DNA of 64,000 nt from Lytechinus pictus (Eukaryota), in assembly GCF_037042905.1 (NCBI RefSeq), contig NC_087249.1:8806001-8870000 (forward strand), given 5' to 3'. A program made the translations under genes and the position numbers. Of this stretch, positions 22,339 to 37,105 are shown one piece after another; the stretch's first letter is position 1, and the number at the start of each line of letters is the position of its first letter. The notes under the pieces are model-generated. The model saw only the letters and a program-made list of their open reading frames with translations. It was not told where the DNA came from and made no database searches.

Positions 22339-24233
22339 CCCTTCCACCATGTATATACAGAGTCACGTAACAACAAGCACTGTAGATATATTGTATTGAT
22401 TTATTTTTGCAACGTCTAAATGCCAACTTTGGTTAGCGACCATGTTCACACCGAGAATACACGCTCTAGTCCGAAGCATGGTATTTCTAATGAATAATCG
22501 TGGGAGGGACCGACCCTGGAATAAAATGCAGCATTTAAGTCTTGTATTCCGTGCATGCATGGCATAATGCCCCAAGTCTGTGCATACAAGTATCTGTGCC
22601 ATTCTAACAATGTACACATATATCTTTTCTTAACTGCTCCATCTTCAATACAAACATATATTTCTTTGTAATATGCCTGAAAATTTATATAATATGTTTA
22701 TTCATTTTGAATATCTAATGAGCAGGATTCAAAATGTTATCTTTATCATCTAAACATTGAGATGAGCAAACATGGACAAAGTCAGCTTGTCAATTTCAAA
22801 ACGAATTTCTTCTTTCCGCCCTGATCTCGACGATATATTTCACATTCTTACTCTACAAATGGTAAAGAATATAGAACATGAAGTGAGGGTAAAAATTTTG
22901 CATGGAATATCAGGAAATTCTTATTGAATTTCCAGCCAAATTTTGGGTGTGCTGAAACCGGGTCACCCTTCATACACAAAAATTTCTATAGCAACGTCTA
23001 TTTTTTTAAATGGCAGAAAGAAGCTGCTGAAAACTGCTTATCTAATAAAAGAGAGCCAATGGAGTAAATTAGAAAGTCAAAAAGGGGCCTAAGCTTTCAA
23101 TCCTAGCAGAATCTTCAATGAACAAAAGAACAGATCCCTAATTTTGGGTGTGCTGACAACAGGGTTCCCCCATCCCATGCACAAACCTTGACAGCAACAC
23201 CTGTATTTGTTAATACAAGCAATGAACAAAAGAATAGACACCTGATGAATATTCATTTGCTGAACTAAATCCAAAACAGGTATCAAATTTCTTTAGAGAT
23301 TCATTGCATTTGATTGATCTTCCAGTAGAGCTGTATTACGCATGGGAATTCTGCAATACACACCCTATTCATCACCAACTGGCTACAAAAGATGTATTTC
23401 ATGAGTTTTTAAAGTCGACTTGTAGTTTCAGCCCAATTTCTAAGAAATTAAGAGAATTTTAGTTTCTAAACTCTTCATTTTGCTTGTTATCTTGATATAA
23501 CCACAAGCACATGCATAGTTATATGTCAAGACTACATGCAGTGGGGAGGGGGGGTCCACAAAGAATCTGGATAATTCTGGTTTGAGAAGTGGAAAATCAT
23601 TCTTTTCATCACAATTTAAAGCATTGAAAGGCAAGTGGATTTTCCACAATCTTGTGGCTTTATGTGGGAAGTTCGATAGGCTGGAGCAAAACAGAAGGGA
23701 ACAACAAACAAACAAAAACTGAAGAATGAATAAAACTCACAAAATGTTTTCATAAAACCTTGTAGAGATTTTATATGCAGACTATGCAGAGTCTAAATAC
23801 ATATACTAATTTGATTTTGTTCCGTTTCAAGCTCATCAAATCTGCGATTAAATAAAGTTTAAATGAGGCATGTTCTGTCCATGGCAGTATCAGCCTCCCA
23901 ACATGGAACTCACGAGATACCCAACTTGCCCCCCCCCCCCCCCCCCGAAAAAAGCTCTTTGACTGCATGAAGAGCTAGGATCTCCCCAGCCAGCTAACAT
24001 GAACCTTCCTGACTTGAGGAGTGGCTAGCATACCCCCTTCTCGGGTTCCACTCAAGTGTACTTTAAATTGGTAAGAGGAGCCCCAAGATAAAGAACAGGT
24101 GCTCAACATGCACTGCATAGCCAGACTGATTAGCATTGCCCAAGAAAGCTCCTTGCATTGCCCCACTTTTTTTCTTTGGGGGTGGTGAAAGGGAATATCT
24201 GCAATCAATTGCAAATTTCAGTCGCAAAATCAG

Positions 24234-24511
24234 GGCCCCCGTCTTACAAAGAGTTGCGGTTGATCCGATCAATCACGTCTATGGACGGCCAGCAACGTCA
24301 ACATCTATTGTGCATGTTTGTTCAAAATATTTTTGAACTATGATGTACTGTATATTCATACATTCATTGTTTTCTTGAAAATTCACTGTGCTTCTCTACG
24401 CTTACAAAGGACATTGTTTAAATTTCCTGTTGAAGAAATTATGACACTGATGGATTTCCTTACAGAGTCATGATTGATTGGATCAATCGTAACTCTTTGT
24501 AAGACAGTGTC
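24234..24511. mobile_element. MITE family E (Harbinger-like)
   Basis: Inverted GTCTTACAAAGAGTT / AACTCTTTGTAAGAC ends; homologs at 30218, 33235 and 46226. Confidence 0.8.
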
Positions 24512-25299
24512 CAAAAGTGATAGATCAATATTAACTCAAGCAAGTCAATTCATTTTTATTGATGTATATGTAAGAAGCAGACCAGTTATCAATTGTAAAT
24601 TAACAATTAATAAAAAGACTTGTGATTGATTTTATAACTTAAAATTGACTTGCATTCGATTGACAGTTTCTTGCGATGCAACACCCTATGGTATGTATTC
24701 CCAGCAGGCATTTAAAATGTTTGCGAAACAATGATCTAAAATGAACATTTCTATTGCAATCAAAGTTCAGTAGAAATTCATCCTGGCTAATTCCAACTAA
24801 AACAAAAGTTTGTTGATGAAGGATCGAAACAGATATAAACTCAACCTCTTTAAGTCTGAAGTTTGAATTCGAGAAAAACTGACATAATACTTCCTGTATC
24901 AATACACTGATTTGAAATAGCAAATGACTGTTAAATCTAATTCTCACAGACTAGTTGTTATTTATTAGCCGATCTGGATTTATCTTAATTAAACCCAAGA
25001 AATTTAGAGTGCATGTTGGAGGCTTTCTGCGAGAATGAAAGCAAGGGTTTTCCTTTCCTTCGTGAAGCACATAAGATTTTACATAGAATTTACTCCAGAA
25101 AAATACAAGTAGATGCTTTCATAAAAACAAACCTGGAGATAAGTCACAATCTTGCTTGACAGTAAGCAATAGATTCACAGTGAGCTATTCAGGCAGTTGC
25201 ATCAAGAAAAATCAATATCCAGTTAAGGTGAAAATGGAGAACAGTATGTCTACATCTTAACTAGATCTATAAGACATGCAACAATTTATCGATCTAATA

Positions 25300-25800
25300 T
25301 GCAGGGAGTAACTGGGTGGGTATTTTACTGAAAATAGTTCCAGTGTGTGCATTATTAAAATGGTTCTAGTATCAAATATCCGGACACACATAAAAATATA
25401 TATTTCAACTATCAGATGAAACGTGTCTATATCTCAACTACATTAGACTATATATAGAAACAGTTTATTGGTAGAAAATTTAGTGAGTGTGTGATGTGGT
25501 GGTATTTTACTGAGAGTAGTTCTAGTGTATGCAACATTAAAATGTTTCTAGTATCAAATATCCAGACACATATAGAAATGAATGTCCACTATCAAATGAA
25601 ACATGTCTACATCTGAAGTAGATTAGACTAAAAATGTTGGGTTTTTTAGGAACATTAAGTGAGTAAGTAATGGAGTTGTATTTTACTGAAAGTAATTCCA
25701 GTGTATGCATTTTAAAATGATCATGGTACCTGATGTACAGGCATGACAGCACTCTACAAAGTATCTACTTAATCTGGAGAAACAAGTCTATATCTAAACA
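25300..25800. repeat. degenerate tandem triplication, about 180-bp unit
   Basis: TATTTTACTGA...CCAGTGT.TGCA...TTAAAATG recurs at about 25321, 25503 and 25679. Confidence 0.75.
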
Positions 25801-27687
25801 AGATTAGATTTGCAACATCTAAGGCCATACATTCCAGACTTTCATCTCCTAGTTCTCAAAGACAATTACCATGTTTTAATTACTGCTTTTTGAGGTTTGT
25901 GATCAGAATTTCATTTTACTTCCTTTCAAACTTTTAGGGCCATGTTCCACTCTGTTTGGGGGAGTCTTTTTCACCCACAAGCAACAAGTTTCAAGTTCAT
26001 TTTCATTGATGTTTAAAAAAGCCAACCCCATGTGTCATCACTAGCCTGATAAATCTGTGTAGTTATTCCAGCTCAAATTTCTTAGAAGTTCGTGGGTGGA
26101 TCTATTATAATGTGTGGATACCAAACAGACAGAGATGTTCTTTCTCCATCAGTTAAACATTCAAGATACTCTCTCGCGCGCTCTCTCTCTCTCGTCTGAT
26201 CGTGAGAACATGTAGACATGCTCCAAATAGATATTGATTTTTTTCCTGAAAATGTAGATGCAGTGAATCAATGTTATCTGCCATCATGTATAAATTGCAT
26301 AAATTACGAAACAGAGCTTCTCCTGATTCTGCAAGACTGAAAGTCGATTTTGTCCGCTGGCTTATCTTCAGAAGATGTGGACATCTTTTTGTATAGTTTT
26401 TTTTTTCTTTCTTTCTAGTAATGTAAAAATTCAAATGCCTATATTTATATTTGAGCTTTATACTTTTGTCAATGATATACTTTTGTCATTGAATATATAA
26501 AAATTGCCTACATCGTGCAGTTTAACAAACAGTGCCAATATAAATTATGCTTGATTCAAAAGACGTCACTCACACCTTACGCAACTGATGGAATAGTCTC
26601 TCAAAAAATGTATAAAGGATTTTTCATTTCATCCCCATTTTATGCTATCACTTCTCTTTGAAAATTATACTAGCAATACTCCCCTGATCAAGATGGATTT
26701 TATAGATACTCTAAGGAGATAGGACTATGGCTCAAAATGGTCACAGTTTGTGATTGAGTCGAAAACAGGGCAATTGATGATTTGATGGACTGATATTTAA
26801 TCGCCTAAGACTGATGCTAGACTATTATGAAACCCACATTCATGTTATGTTACTTGATGAAAGAAGATGGATGAGCTGTGACAGGAGCACACTCAAATAA
26901 CTGATCTGGTACATTTCCTCCCAAGTTTATACAGGCAAATTGAAATCACCAGATCGATATATCCTATTACTCTTCCTTCAATCTCTCTCTCTCTCTTAAC
27001 TTTTTTTTGTCTATCACTCTCCAAAGTCTGTTAATTGCCCTCTCTCTCTCCCTTTCTCTTATCTTTGTCTACTCCTTGAATTTTCCTAATTATTCTCAAT
27101 ATCTCTCTCACTCCCTCTCTCTCTCTCACACACACACACCCTCACACACACACTGCCTTTGTTTGGATTATTAAGATATATCTACCACAGACACATACTA
27201 TGCTACTGAGGGTTTACATTTGATCTTCCAATTATCCTTCTGAATCATTGGACTTCATCCTTCATTGTTTCCACTTAATGATGGACAGTCACATAATCTC
27301 CTACACGATAATCCTTTCCTTCCTCTTTTCTTTATCCCGGAAATTGTCTTTTCTGTTTGTCTCGTAGGAACGAATACAGAGTGGAATCACAGTTCATGAT
27401 GAACATTTTGGATTGAAATTCCAAATGCATGTCTGCCAAAATGCTAGCAAGATTATTAATAACAATTTGATTTTCATTCTCATCTAACTCTCATATCTAT
27501 TATTTCAATCTCTAAGGTTTAGGAATTCAGAAGCAATGTAATTATTCTTTCTCTAACCAGATGGCACCCACAGACATATCATTTAACTTTTTTTTTTTAT
27601 ATCACTAATTTCTAGAACGATAAGTATCTATAAACCTTACAAACAGACGATGATGAAAGTGGAAGTGGTTTGAATAATTCAAGATTG

Positions 27688-27693
27688 TGATGA

Positions 27694-27725
<32 letters not shown>

Positions 27726-27770
27726 ATGATAATGATGGTGATGGTGATTATGATGATGGTGATGGTAATT

Positions 27771-27817
<47 letters not shown>

Positions 27818-27822
27818 GATGG
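27688..27822. repeat. (GAT)n/(GGT)n microsatellite
   Basis: Direct reading. Confidence 0.95.
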
Positions 27823-30217
27823 TCTAATTAATAACTGAGGACAAATATGATGAGGACGGTAATAGTGATAATCATGATGAGGATGATATCATTCATAGCT
27901 CACAGCTCCTTGGATACGTTTATGGGCCAATGACACTGCAAAACTGCAACACAGCTGAATGAAAAGCCACAATTAATCGTTCAATTATGGCTAAGCGTGG
28001 TGAACTCTTTCATAGCTATCCATGCCTGCCACTTTCTTTCAAGTGCCGCTTTTGAAACTCTCTAATATCAATTTCCACCCAAAGTCGGCATGATGTCATA
28101 TAGACAGATTTGTACAATAAAGCCAATTAAGGGCAAAATTGAGAAATACTAATTAACATGCTTATGAACAGTGGAGCATGAAAAAGTTAATGGACATTAC
28201 TCTCAGCTTATTACTATTTTAGCATATAAAGTGGAGATTAAACCCACATAAAGATAACTCTTTCAATTGATTTTATTAATATGACACAAATTTCTGCAAA
28301 GTAATATTGAAATATGATTGTGCACTACTTGATGGCTCTGCTGACCTGCACAGCATTGCTTCACATTCAGTATTAATACAGCAATTATTTCACAAGAAAT
28401 AAGTTTATTGCGTGAAATAAGTTTATTCTGTGAAAATGTGGATAAATAGGACACTTCTGGCTCGTTTCTAGAGTATGCATTTCTTGTAAAACATAGACAG
28501 CCCCTTATACAACCAGACGCACCACAACATTGACTGAAAAAGTACAAGAAGAGGATCATTCAACAAGACGTTCACTCGGAAAAAAATTCCAATTTCCTGG
28601 TCACTTCAAAATTGAAGATTGCTTATCGTGAATCCAAGTTCTGATCCCAGAACCCCGTTCACATTCAAAAATTAATACCTTGAGAAAAATCGGACTTCCA
28701 TTATCAGAGGGATATTTATCAATTTTTTATTAGTGTACATAGAAGATAGTCAGGACAAATCATAGAATAGATGATGAGGAATTCAATGTATGCAGGAGTA
28801 AATTATATAGATTTCACATTTCAAAACCATTTTCTAACCACTATGAACAGTGTATATATTGTTATAGAAGAAATGTGGATAAAAGAAAATCAATAGTGCA
28901 CAGCTTCCTTACACATAGGAAGGCACTGAAGATGCAGGAATGGAGAAAATTAAAAGTAGAATTTTAGATTCAGGTCAAGGCAGAAATCTTCTTTACAAGA
29001 TAATATAGTACTCGGTTCACACAAAGACATAAGTGTGGTTTAAATCATTAAGATATTGTTTTGTCTCAACTTCACACCACCCCTGGTAGATATTATAGGC
29101 CTACAAGTAGTTAGTTTCAGTAGTTTTTTTTTTCAACAAAAACAGAATTATGATTTGAATTGTAACTAAATTGTATTATTTTTATACCTGAAGTCACTTC
29201 CAATCCCCATAAAAAGATGATGTAGTTAGGGGTTGCACACACAAATAATAATACTTGTGAATAAAAAAATTGTGTTTATTTCTAAATTCCCACCTCCCCA
29301 TATCATCCAATCCCTGTTAGCATTCAAAAGGATTTGTGAACAGTTCCATGACATTTGGTCCCACGACAATTGCTTGAAAATCTGCAAGTTAGGCCAAATT
29401 TAAAACCCAACCTCCATAATTAAATAAACCCTTATCCTTCTTTACACTATTCTGAACCAAAAACTCTATTACAATCCTTATCTCTAACCCAATGCACTCT
29501 GAAATGTTAAGACCGGAGCAAATGTCGCAGGAGCATCTATGTTGTATCACCTTCTGCACATGTATGAAAATTTGAAGTGTGGATAAAGTAAAATCACTTA
29601 AGTATCAAAAGTAATAGATCTATATGATGTTGAGAAAAGTTGCGAGCTAAAATCAACATAATTATGGACCAAAGAAAACATAGAGCCTTCATTAATATGA
29701 CCGCATAAGTTATATATAAACAGAGTGAAAGATATTTTATAAACGATTCAAAATCAATCTACAAAATATGTTTCTTGGTGTGTGAACACCCTAAGCAATC
29801 TATGCCTCACAACTCATCTATTGACCAATCTCACAAAGAAAATCTGCATACTAAAAGCCTCAATTCCATCCCTTAGCTCTGATCTAAATCATTTACAGAA
29901 TAAAGTAAGCAAAAAAGGGAATATTCTGAAAATGCCAATATTGAGGCCATTTTCATAATGGTTGATTTATTCATTTATTTCATTTTATTTAATTTGTTGC
30001 CAATATTCATAGAACCGGCTTTGGGGGGGCTTGCTTTCTTAAATATGCATTTCCATTCGCCTTTCTTTTTTTACGTAACCCATATGCAATAAATATATGT
30101 TTTACTTTTGGTTTGGAGGAATTCTCTTAAAATTAAAAGCATGATTTCAAAATAAATTTTCATAAGCCTGAGGATGATTCTAAAGTCTGAATCATTCTGG
30201 AGTTACATGTACCTATT

Positions 30218-30520
30218 GGTCCTGTCTTACAAAGAGTTGTGATTGATCCCATCAACTTCAACTATATGCCAAATGTCAATTTTTTTCCTAAAGGAAATTT
30301 GGACAATGTCTTTGTGTGAACAAAGAGGAACACACTGAATAGTCAAGACAATGATAAAGGTATGAATATATATATTCATATTCATACCTTTATCATTGTC
30401 TTGACAATTCAGTGTGCATATCGAGAAAATGTTTTTAATAAACATGCATTTTAGACGTTGGCATCGCTGGCTGTCCATGGTTGATCAGATCAATCGAAAA
30501 CTCTTTGTAAGACGAGGGGG
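30218..30520. mobile_element. MITE family E
   Basis: Same TIR core as 24234, opposite orientation. Confidence 0.75.
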
Positions 30521-33234
30521 GCTAGGTGACATCCTCCCTATCCCCCATTCCTTCCTGAATAGTAAAAAGGAGCTAAAATATTCAGTATTGAACCTGTTAT
30601 CTACTGGGTTCTGTAATTCCTATTGGCTTTGTACAAGGATCAACCTGACATTGCAGTAGGCTATGGGTTAATAGCTTAATTGACAAGAAATAAAGAAAAG
30701 TGAAAATTGGAAAGGAATTTGACCGGGTTCTTGCATTACCAAATCCATACCTGCAGCGACATATTGCTGTTACATGTACATGAAATGCATTGTTAATAAT
30801 GTTAATGAATAATCAAGATGGCAGCGAAAGATATTTAGGCAGAGGGCAATCTATGCATTAGCTGCAGCTTACACCCACTATTCATTAATCAGAGAACCTC
30901 ATTAATCATAAAATATGAAGAGAAATGACAGCCAGACAGAATCATTTTTATTGCGTCAATGAAATCTCCCCATAAAAGACACCATAGAAAGGATGGGAGC
31001 ATCAAAAGAACAAATGAAACTCAATTAATATGATTTTCTTTGGGGGGGGACTGCAAGTCCTTAATTTGATGAATTTTCTGTTTCAAATATGTTTAGAATG
31101 ATGATCAAGCTAAGTAATGGAGATAGAACAAATCACAATGTATGACACTTGTGAGTATCATCCTTATATATCATCCTTATATCATTTACCTACAGCTATC
31201 ATTTTTTGTTCCCTAAATCAAGGATTATTATTATCAAAAAATTGTTAATTGATAGTAACTTAAGCACAAATAGAAATTCCACCTTGCTTCAGATTATCTT
31301 TTAAAATCTAGTTGTACTTGAAAATTTTACAAAACCATTAATTGTCTTTAATAAGGAAAAATATGATTTTTTTTCTGCTATTCAATCTTTAAAATAAATG
31401 TAAAATTTGAATTCTCAGAATCTCTGGCAAAGCAAACAATTTCTTTGGAGATATGGGGTGGGGTGACGTGCTGAAGAAGATATTAGAATTTCATCTTCAC
31501 ATATGAATAACTACAATCAGTCTGAGAATCAGACCCAACACATATCATCAGAAATGATGTAGCACTTCAGAACTGAATAAGATGATCTTATACACCCTTG
31601 CAGAAAAAACAAAATAATAATAATCAACTAAAATTAATTAATTATCTCACCAGGATTCGTGTGAATGGAAGTAATTCTTACTGTCAAAGATGACTTAAAA
31701 GGAAATGTATGTAAACTTAGAATAAGACATGAATTGAGAGACTGTTTCGATAATGACCAATTTTGTGCCAATTTGCTGCTTGATACTAGAAGGGAGGAAA
31801 TCTGCAAAATCCATAAAAGTTATCTTTTGTAGCAAATGAAGGGATATTTTGCTTCATGTTTCCTTCTCATTAACCTACATGTAATGCATGTGCCTTTACA
31901 CTGCACAAATACCAGGGACCCTTTTCTGAGCATTGTCTTCTTTCTGGCTTTAAGTCTAAATTGAACTTATGATTTTCCAAACTATATGTTTTCAAAAAAC
32001 AGACAGGCAACAATTACAATAAAATAATTTCATTCAAATATGAAGCCTTAAATATTGTACTTGGAACAATATTTACAATGCTTCCGTGTTTTGTATTTTT
32101 CCTGCGCATGTATGTTATGAGCAGAATTTGAAATAATACTATATCTTATTAATTATTTTCTCTAGCTGATGCTTTTTGTTCATAAATCAAATTCTACATG
32201 TAAATAAACAAAGATTCCATACAATTTAAATTCTATTTCAGTACAAGTAACTCGCAGATGTATTTAATGTATCATTTTCCAACTGACTTTACAGGAAAAC
32301 TATGACATAGAACAGTTCAAAGACAACTCTATTTTGCTATTTCCTGTTCCACATACATCCGTCTTACCCAAAACTATCTGTAACTTGCACAAACCATAAT
32401 CCTTACTACAGCTGAACTCATCTCCAGGTGAAACTAGAGTATACAGTATATATCAAACCAAGTACAATGGGGCTGTCTTGGCCTTGAATATTGAAAGCTA
32501 AGGGATATATGACCGCCATTTTAAATTTGATTGTGAAATTGGTGATTAGATTTTGTCCTTTTTTTTCTAGCTCAATCTCCACAGACAAGCTGATCCCTTT
32601 ATTCATCTTTAGACTGGACTTCACTTATACATCTCCCCACTGAAGGGTTCCTGCAATGCAAAATGGCGGAAAGAAATGTCACCAGCAGGAAATTTGCTTT
32701 TAACCCAATTTTTATTGTGCTTTGACCGTATACGTGAACAATCCTAGAACACCTGCCCTTGTCATAATCGATTTTTCCTCTGATTTTCGCTTATTCACAT
32801 AGCTTTTTATTCATTTCCGATAGAAGATGCATTGCATCTAAGGAAGCCTCTATGCACTATGCATCATCACCATCATAAAATATGAGGCAGTGCTGCTTTT
32901 ATGAGAAAGGGAACTGAATGATAATTATATCCAAAATTTTGTCGGTGGTCATCCGAACCGTCATATCACACATACGACAGTGCAAACCCATTTCAGAAAA
33001 AAATGGACTTCAAAGTTTACTATAATTTTCACACTTAGTTCCCAGCCTTATAACATATTCATTGCTAGAAAAATACATGGTTGGAAAGACCAAGACAATT
33101 GCTTGACATTGGTATATTTATTATTACACAAAACCAGGGATCCAAGAAAATATCGCAAAAGAGCAACATGCTTGTAATTTCGGTTTGAGTGGCTTCAACA
33201 TGAGCAACTGGAGATTGTGAATGATATCACTTCT

Positions 33235-33507
33235 GGGTCCAGTCTTACAAAGAATTGCAATTGATGTGATCAACGACAACTATGGACAGCCAGCAACGTC
33301 AACATCTGAAATGCATGTTTGTTCAAAATATTTTGTAGACATGTTGATTATTCATATATTTAACATTTCTTTGAAAATTCAGTGAGTGATTTTTTTGTTT
33401 TCAATGGAAATTGTATAGATTTCCAGCAGAAGAAAATGATGACATTGATGAATTTCCATACAGTTGAGATTGATTGGATTAATCGTAACTCTTTGTAAGA
33501 CAAGTCC
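33235..33507. mobile_element. MITE family E
   Basis: Same TIR core and internal CCAGCAACGTCAACATCT as 24234. Confidence 0.75.
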
Positions 33508-34464
33508 TGCACATTAACATAATTTCGACCAAGGTTGTGAATATAACAACTCGTCAAAAAATAGGTTTCAACAATACTTTGAAAATATCTGTACCCCAAA
33601 TTATTTGTTGCCAATATACCATATTAATTCGCCCAATAGGCCAATGCCCTCTGATACAAAACTGCATAACCACATGTAACCTCCCTACATGCGACCATTC
33701 TCAAGTGATGTAACCTGGTTCCTGCAAAAAAGTGCTTCCTGCCATCGATACAACATAACACTCGTGACCTTTTTGCAGTAACTTGACAATTTGCAATGTG
33801 CATTCTCTGCACAATGGTTTAGGACAGTACATCTCAATTCAGATGCTTGGATTCGATTTCACTCAGATTTGCATTTCAATACGAACAACAGTTTTACGGC
33901 AAGGCGTAATCAAAAAGCTTCCACAAAGCCACCCATATCACTTGTTTATTCCGACTGAAGCACGAGATAACATTACACCTCAAAAACCAAAAACTCGACT
34001 CATTCCCCATGCACCCAGAAATCACGTACATTAAAAAAACAAATGAACATAATAGATGATTATGAAACCTGTTACGAAATGCTCCTCAAACGGGAGGAAT
34101 TTCATGAAGTGTCTTCTCAGCGATTTCCAGTTATGAAATTAGCTCTCAACCAATCAGGTGCGAGGATTTCAGTACCTTACGATACTTTGCAAGTGAGCTA
34201 ACGTTGATGAATCACCGAGTTGAACCCTTCATTGATCTACCTAAGATGTGAACTCATTATTTTTTATCATACAGTGCATGATGCATCCCACCAAAAAAAT
34301 AAGGAAAACCGCGGGTTTCCAAATAATATATTCAACTGGTTCTCTGAATAAACTTGTGAGGGGAATCCTACAAGATCAACAATGAAATTTCATGGGCAGC
34401 TCCTGTGTCTACATGTAGAAATGGTTGTTTTGGTTTTTTCTTGAGATAGAGTTGATGCTGTAAC

Positions 34465-34640
34465 GGTGACACAACATTTGCTCCTGCGACAATTTCTCCG
34501 GGGTTAATTTCGTCTTAGATGTAGGGTTAGGGTTAGGATTGCAACACGGTTTTATGTTAGGTTTACGGTAGGGTATAGTGTTAAACCCAGGTCGTTCGAT
34601 TAGTGTGTGGACTTTAGAGCGGAGCAAATCTCATGGAACC
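34465..34640. mobile_element. short element with TTAGGG-like interior and 8-bp TSD
   Basis: GGT...ACC termini, internal inverted ATTTGCTCC/GGAGCAAAT, flanked by GCTGTAAC on both sides. An older inverted copy lies at ~29343-29552. Confidence 0.75.
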
Positions 34641-34686
34641 GCTGTAACTACACAATGAGGTGTGTGAACAAAATAAGTTTACTTAC

Positions 34687-34737
34687 ATGTCATTTCCATT
34701 GGCTTTCTCTTCTGAAGAATTCTTCAAATTCAGCTGA
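34687..34737 (-). CDS. SLC8A: NCX coding exon (51 nt, phase 2-2)
   Basis: ttttatccattacag|TCAG...GACAT|gtaagt. Reads (S)QLNLKNSSEEKANGND(M), open and phase-matched to both neighbours. Confidence 0.75.
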
Positions 34738-35020
34738 CTGTAATGGATAAAATCAATAAAAGACGTTTTAAAATCAAGAAATATTATCACCATTAAAGTA
34801 TACACTCTGAGGTAATATGAAAATGGCGTGATGTGATAGGGTTGCATGTACTTTTTAGTTACCAATATTGTATTTGAGACAATACAAACTCATGAATATT
34901 TTTCCAGATTACCTAGTGTACCAACATTCTATCATTATGTTACACCCTTCATGATTACAAATAATTACAAAACTTTCGAACTTGCTGCTGTTTCTTATTA
35001 TTGACTCTAATTTAACACGA

Positions 35021-35526
35021 TTGTATACAAATAGCGAATAGGCATGAGTGCGATGGTGCGAGATTTCGCATGAGGTGAAAGAAAGATGCTCTATCCAACG
35101 AGGCGTGAGCCGAGTTGAATAGAGCGTTTCTTTCTTTCACCGAATGCGAAATCTCGCACCATTGCACGAATAAGAATATTCGCTATTTGTGTTGTACAAC
35201 GCCTCGGAATTTAGCGAAAATATGAAAAAAACAAAGAGTTTATCCCTATAGTAATCTATGCCAAAGGGAGCAAAAATACCGAAAGCAGAAAGCAAAATCC
35301 CACAAGCGCACAAGACCTTGGGCAGCCTTGCGCATTTAGCCAGCTGGCTTATACGCGTATTGTTCAGTTTTACCGAGCGCAATGAATTAAATCGTATTGT
35401 GACGTCACCTCCTAAAGCCGTGCAACGGTACATTTTGGATGGTACGTCTTTTGTGCAACGGTACGAATGTTTGACATCCAGCCTCCCATTTGCTTGCGTA
35501 CAACAAGCTAAGTAGGGGTTGTACAA
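35021..35526. mobile_element. hairpin element, Crypton-like non-autonomous
   Basis: About 160-bp inverted repeat (35027-35190) centred on CGAGGCGTGAGCCGAG, with GTTGTACAA repeated at the hairpin end and the element end. Superfamily from recollection of Crypton derivatives. Confidence 0.55.
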
Positions 35527-37010
35527 AAAAAATATCAATAATAAAACACATAATTTGTTTCAAAAACTACATGTTTCAAAGTGCTAAGAAAATAAAAGGG
35601 TAGAATTACCAAAAGTACAAGATATTTAGGAATATGAACAAAAAGTCAGAACATTATTATTACAATAAATTAGAAATAAAATAGAGAAATAATAAAAAAG
35701 TATACAATTTAAATACAAAGGATCAATGTGCAAATCAATTTAATTCAATCAATACTGATATTCAAAATCATAAACTACATAAATCCTATTAAATACAATA
35801 TGATTTACAATGTAAGTAAGGGATATATCGTTTCATACCAACTCACTATGTAGAAGGGATGGATGGTATGGTCAAATTTATTTTTAAAAAGATGGGATTT
35901 CAGAAAGGACTTAAATATTTGTATCAATGGTGCTTCATGTACATTTCATTAATATTACAATTTAAATTGAATGCATACAGTGTGTGATACTCCCATACAT
36001 GTTAACTGGCAGAATTTTAAGTATGTGAAATAGAAAAAGAACTCATAATAATTTCTATTCAAATTTTTTTTACAATAATCTTTGGTCCTCTTTCAATTTT
36101 TCAGAAGCCCCTATTCTAGAACATCTTCAAAATTCACTGCATAGTGTACAAATTTCATTTGAGTATAGAATACTTCAGTATATATATTCTTAAAATTGCT
36201 CCTCATAATTACACAAAGGCTTTTTCCTGCGACTAGATATATCTGGAAAGCATCTTGTTACCAAGCTTGCCAGTTGTTTTTCAGAGAACATAATTGACTA
36301 AATTGATGATATTGACTTTCAAATCACGGAGATTGAACTCGGGTAGAAATGGATTATTGAGATCCAGATTTTTAGGAATGGAGTGGAGATTAGAGCTCCG
36401 GGAGAGAATTTCCAGACTCAAAAGGTTCAACACCTTCTATCCATCTGCTAGTTTGTCTCTATATATCTGTCTCTCTACATGTATCTCTACTAATCCACTC
36501 TTTCCTCTCTCTCTTCCCCCCTCCCAAACTCTCTCTCTCTTTTTCTTCCTTTTTTTTCTGTACCTCTCCCTTTCTCTTTTCATCTCTATTTCATCCATCT
36601 ATCTATTTGTCTGTTGTTTGTTTCTCTTGTCTGAATCATGACAGTATAAAGATATTAACGATCTAACTGCCCAATCCCAAAATACACTAAACAAAACAAT
36701 TTTCATGACATCCACAAGAGAATTCTCAATTGTCAAACTGCTAAAAGTTCAAACACACTGTAGCAGACGAGCAAGAGCACAAATATCCAAACACCTGACA
36801 TTTCCGAACGATTACTGCCATGTCCCAACTTAGAGGAAAGACTTTAACCTCGGGCAAGGAAAGGGGATGCGAACATTCCAAATATTTCTTTTACGAAGAT
36901 GATGATGCGAGAGTCAGCTACTTCAAATGTCAGTTTGAAGTAGATTGTTTTGAATTTTAGTGCACCTTATGAAACGGTATACTCTGATCGGGTTAACTGA
37001 TACCACCTAC

Positions 37011-37105
37011 CTTTGTGTTTTCTCGGCTTCCAGAGATGCTAGTTGGCGGGAAGGCCCGTGGAATACACTATTCTTCTTGACTCCACCATTAATCACTCTT
37101 ACATT
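37011..37105 (-). CDS. SLC8A: NCX coding exon (95 nt, phase 0 to 2), start of cytoplasmic loop
   Basis: cctttttatttttattttacag|AAT...AAAG|gtaggt. Reads NVRVINGGVKKNSVFHGPSRQLASLEAEKTQ(S), in frame with the phase-0 donor at 60549. Confidence 0.85.

Noticed and set aside
34510..34580. Telomere-like TTAGGG repeats
   Set aside because: Only a few degenerate units inside a TSD-flanked mobile element.
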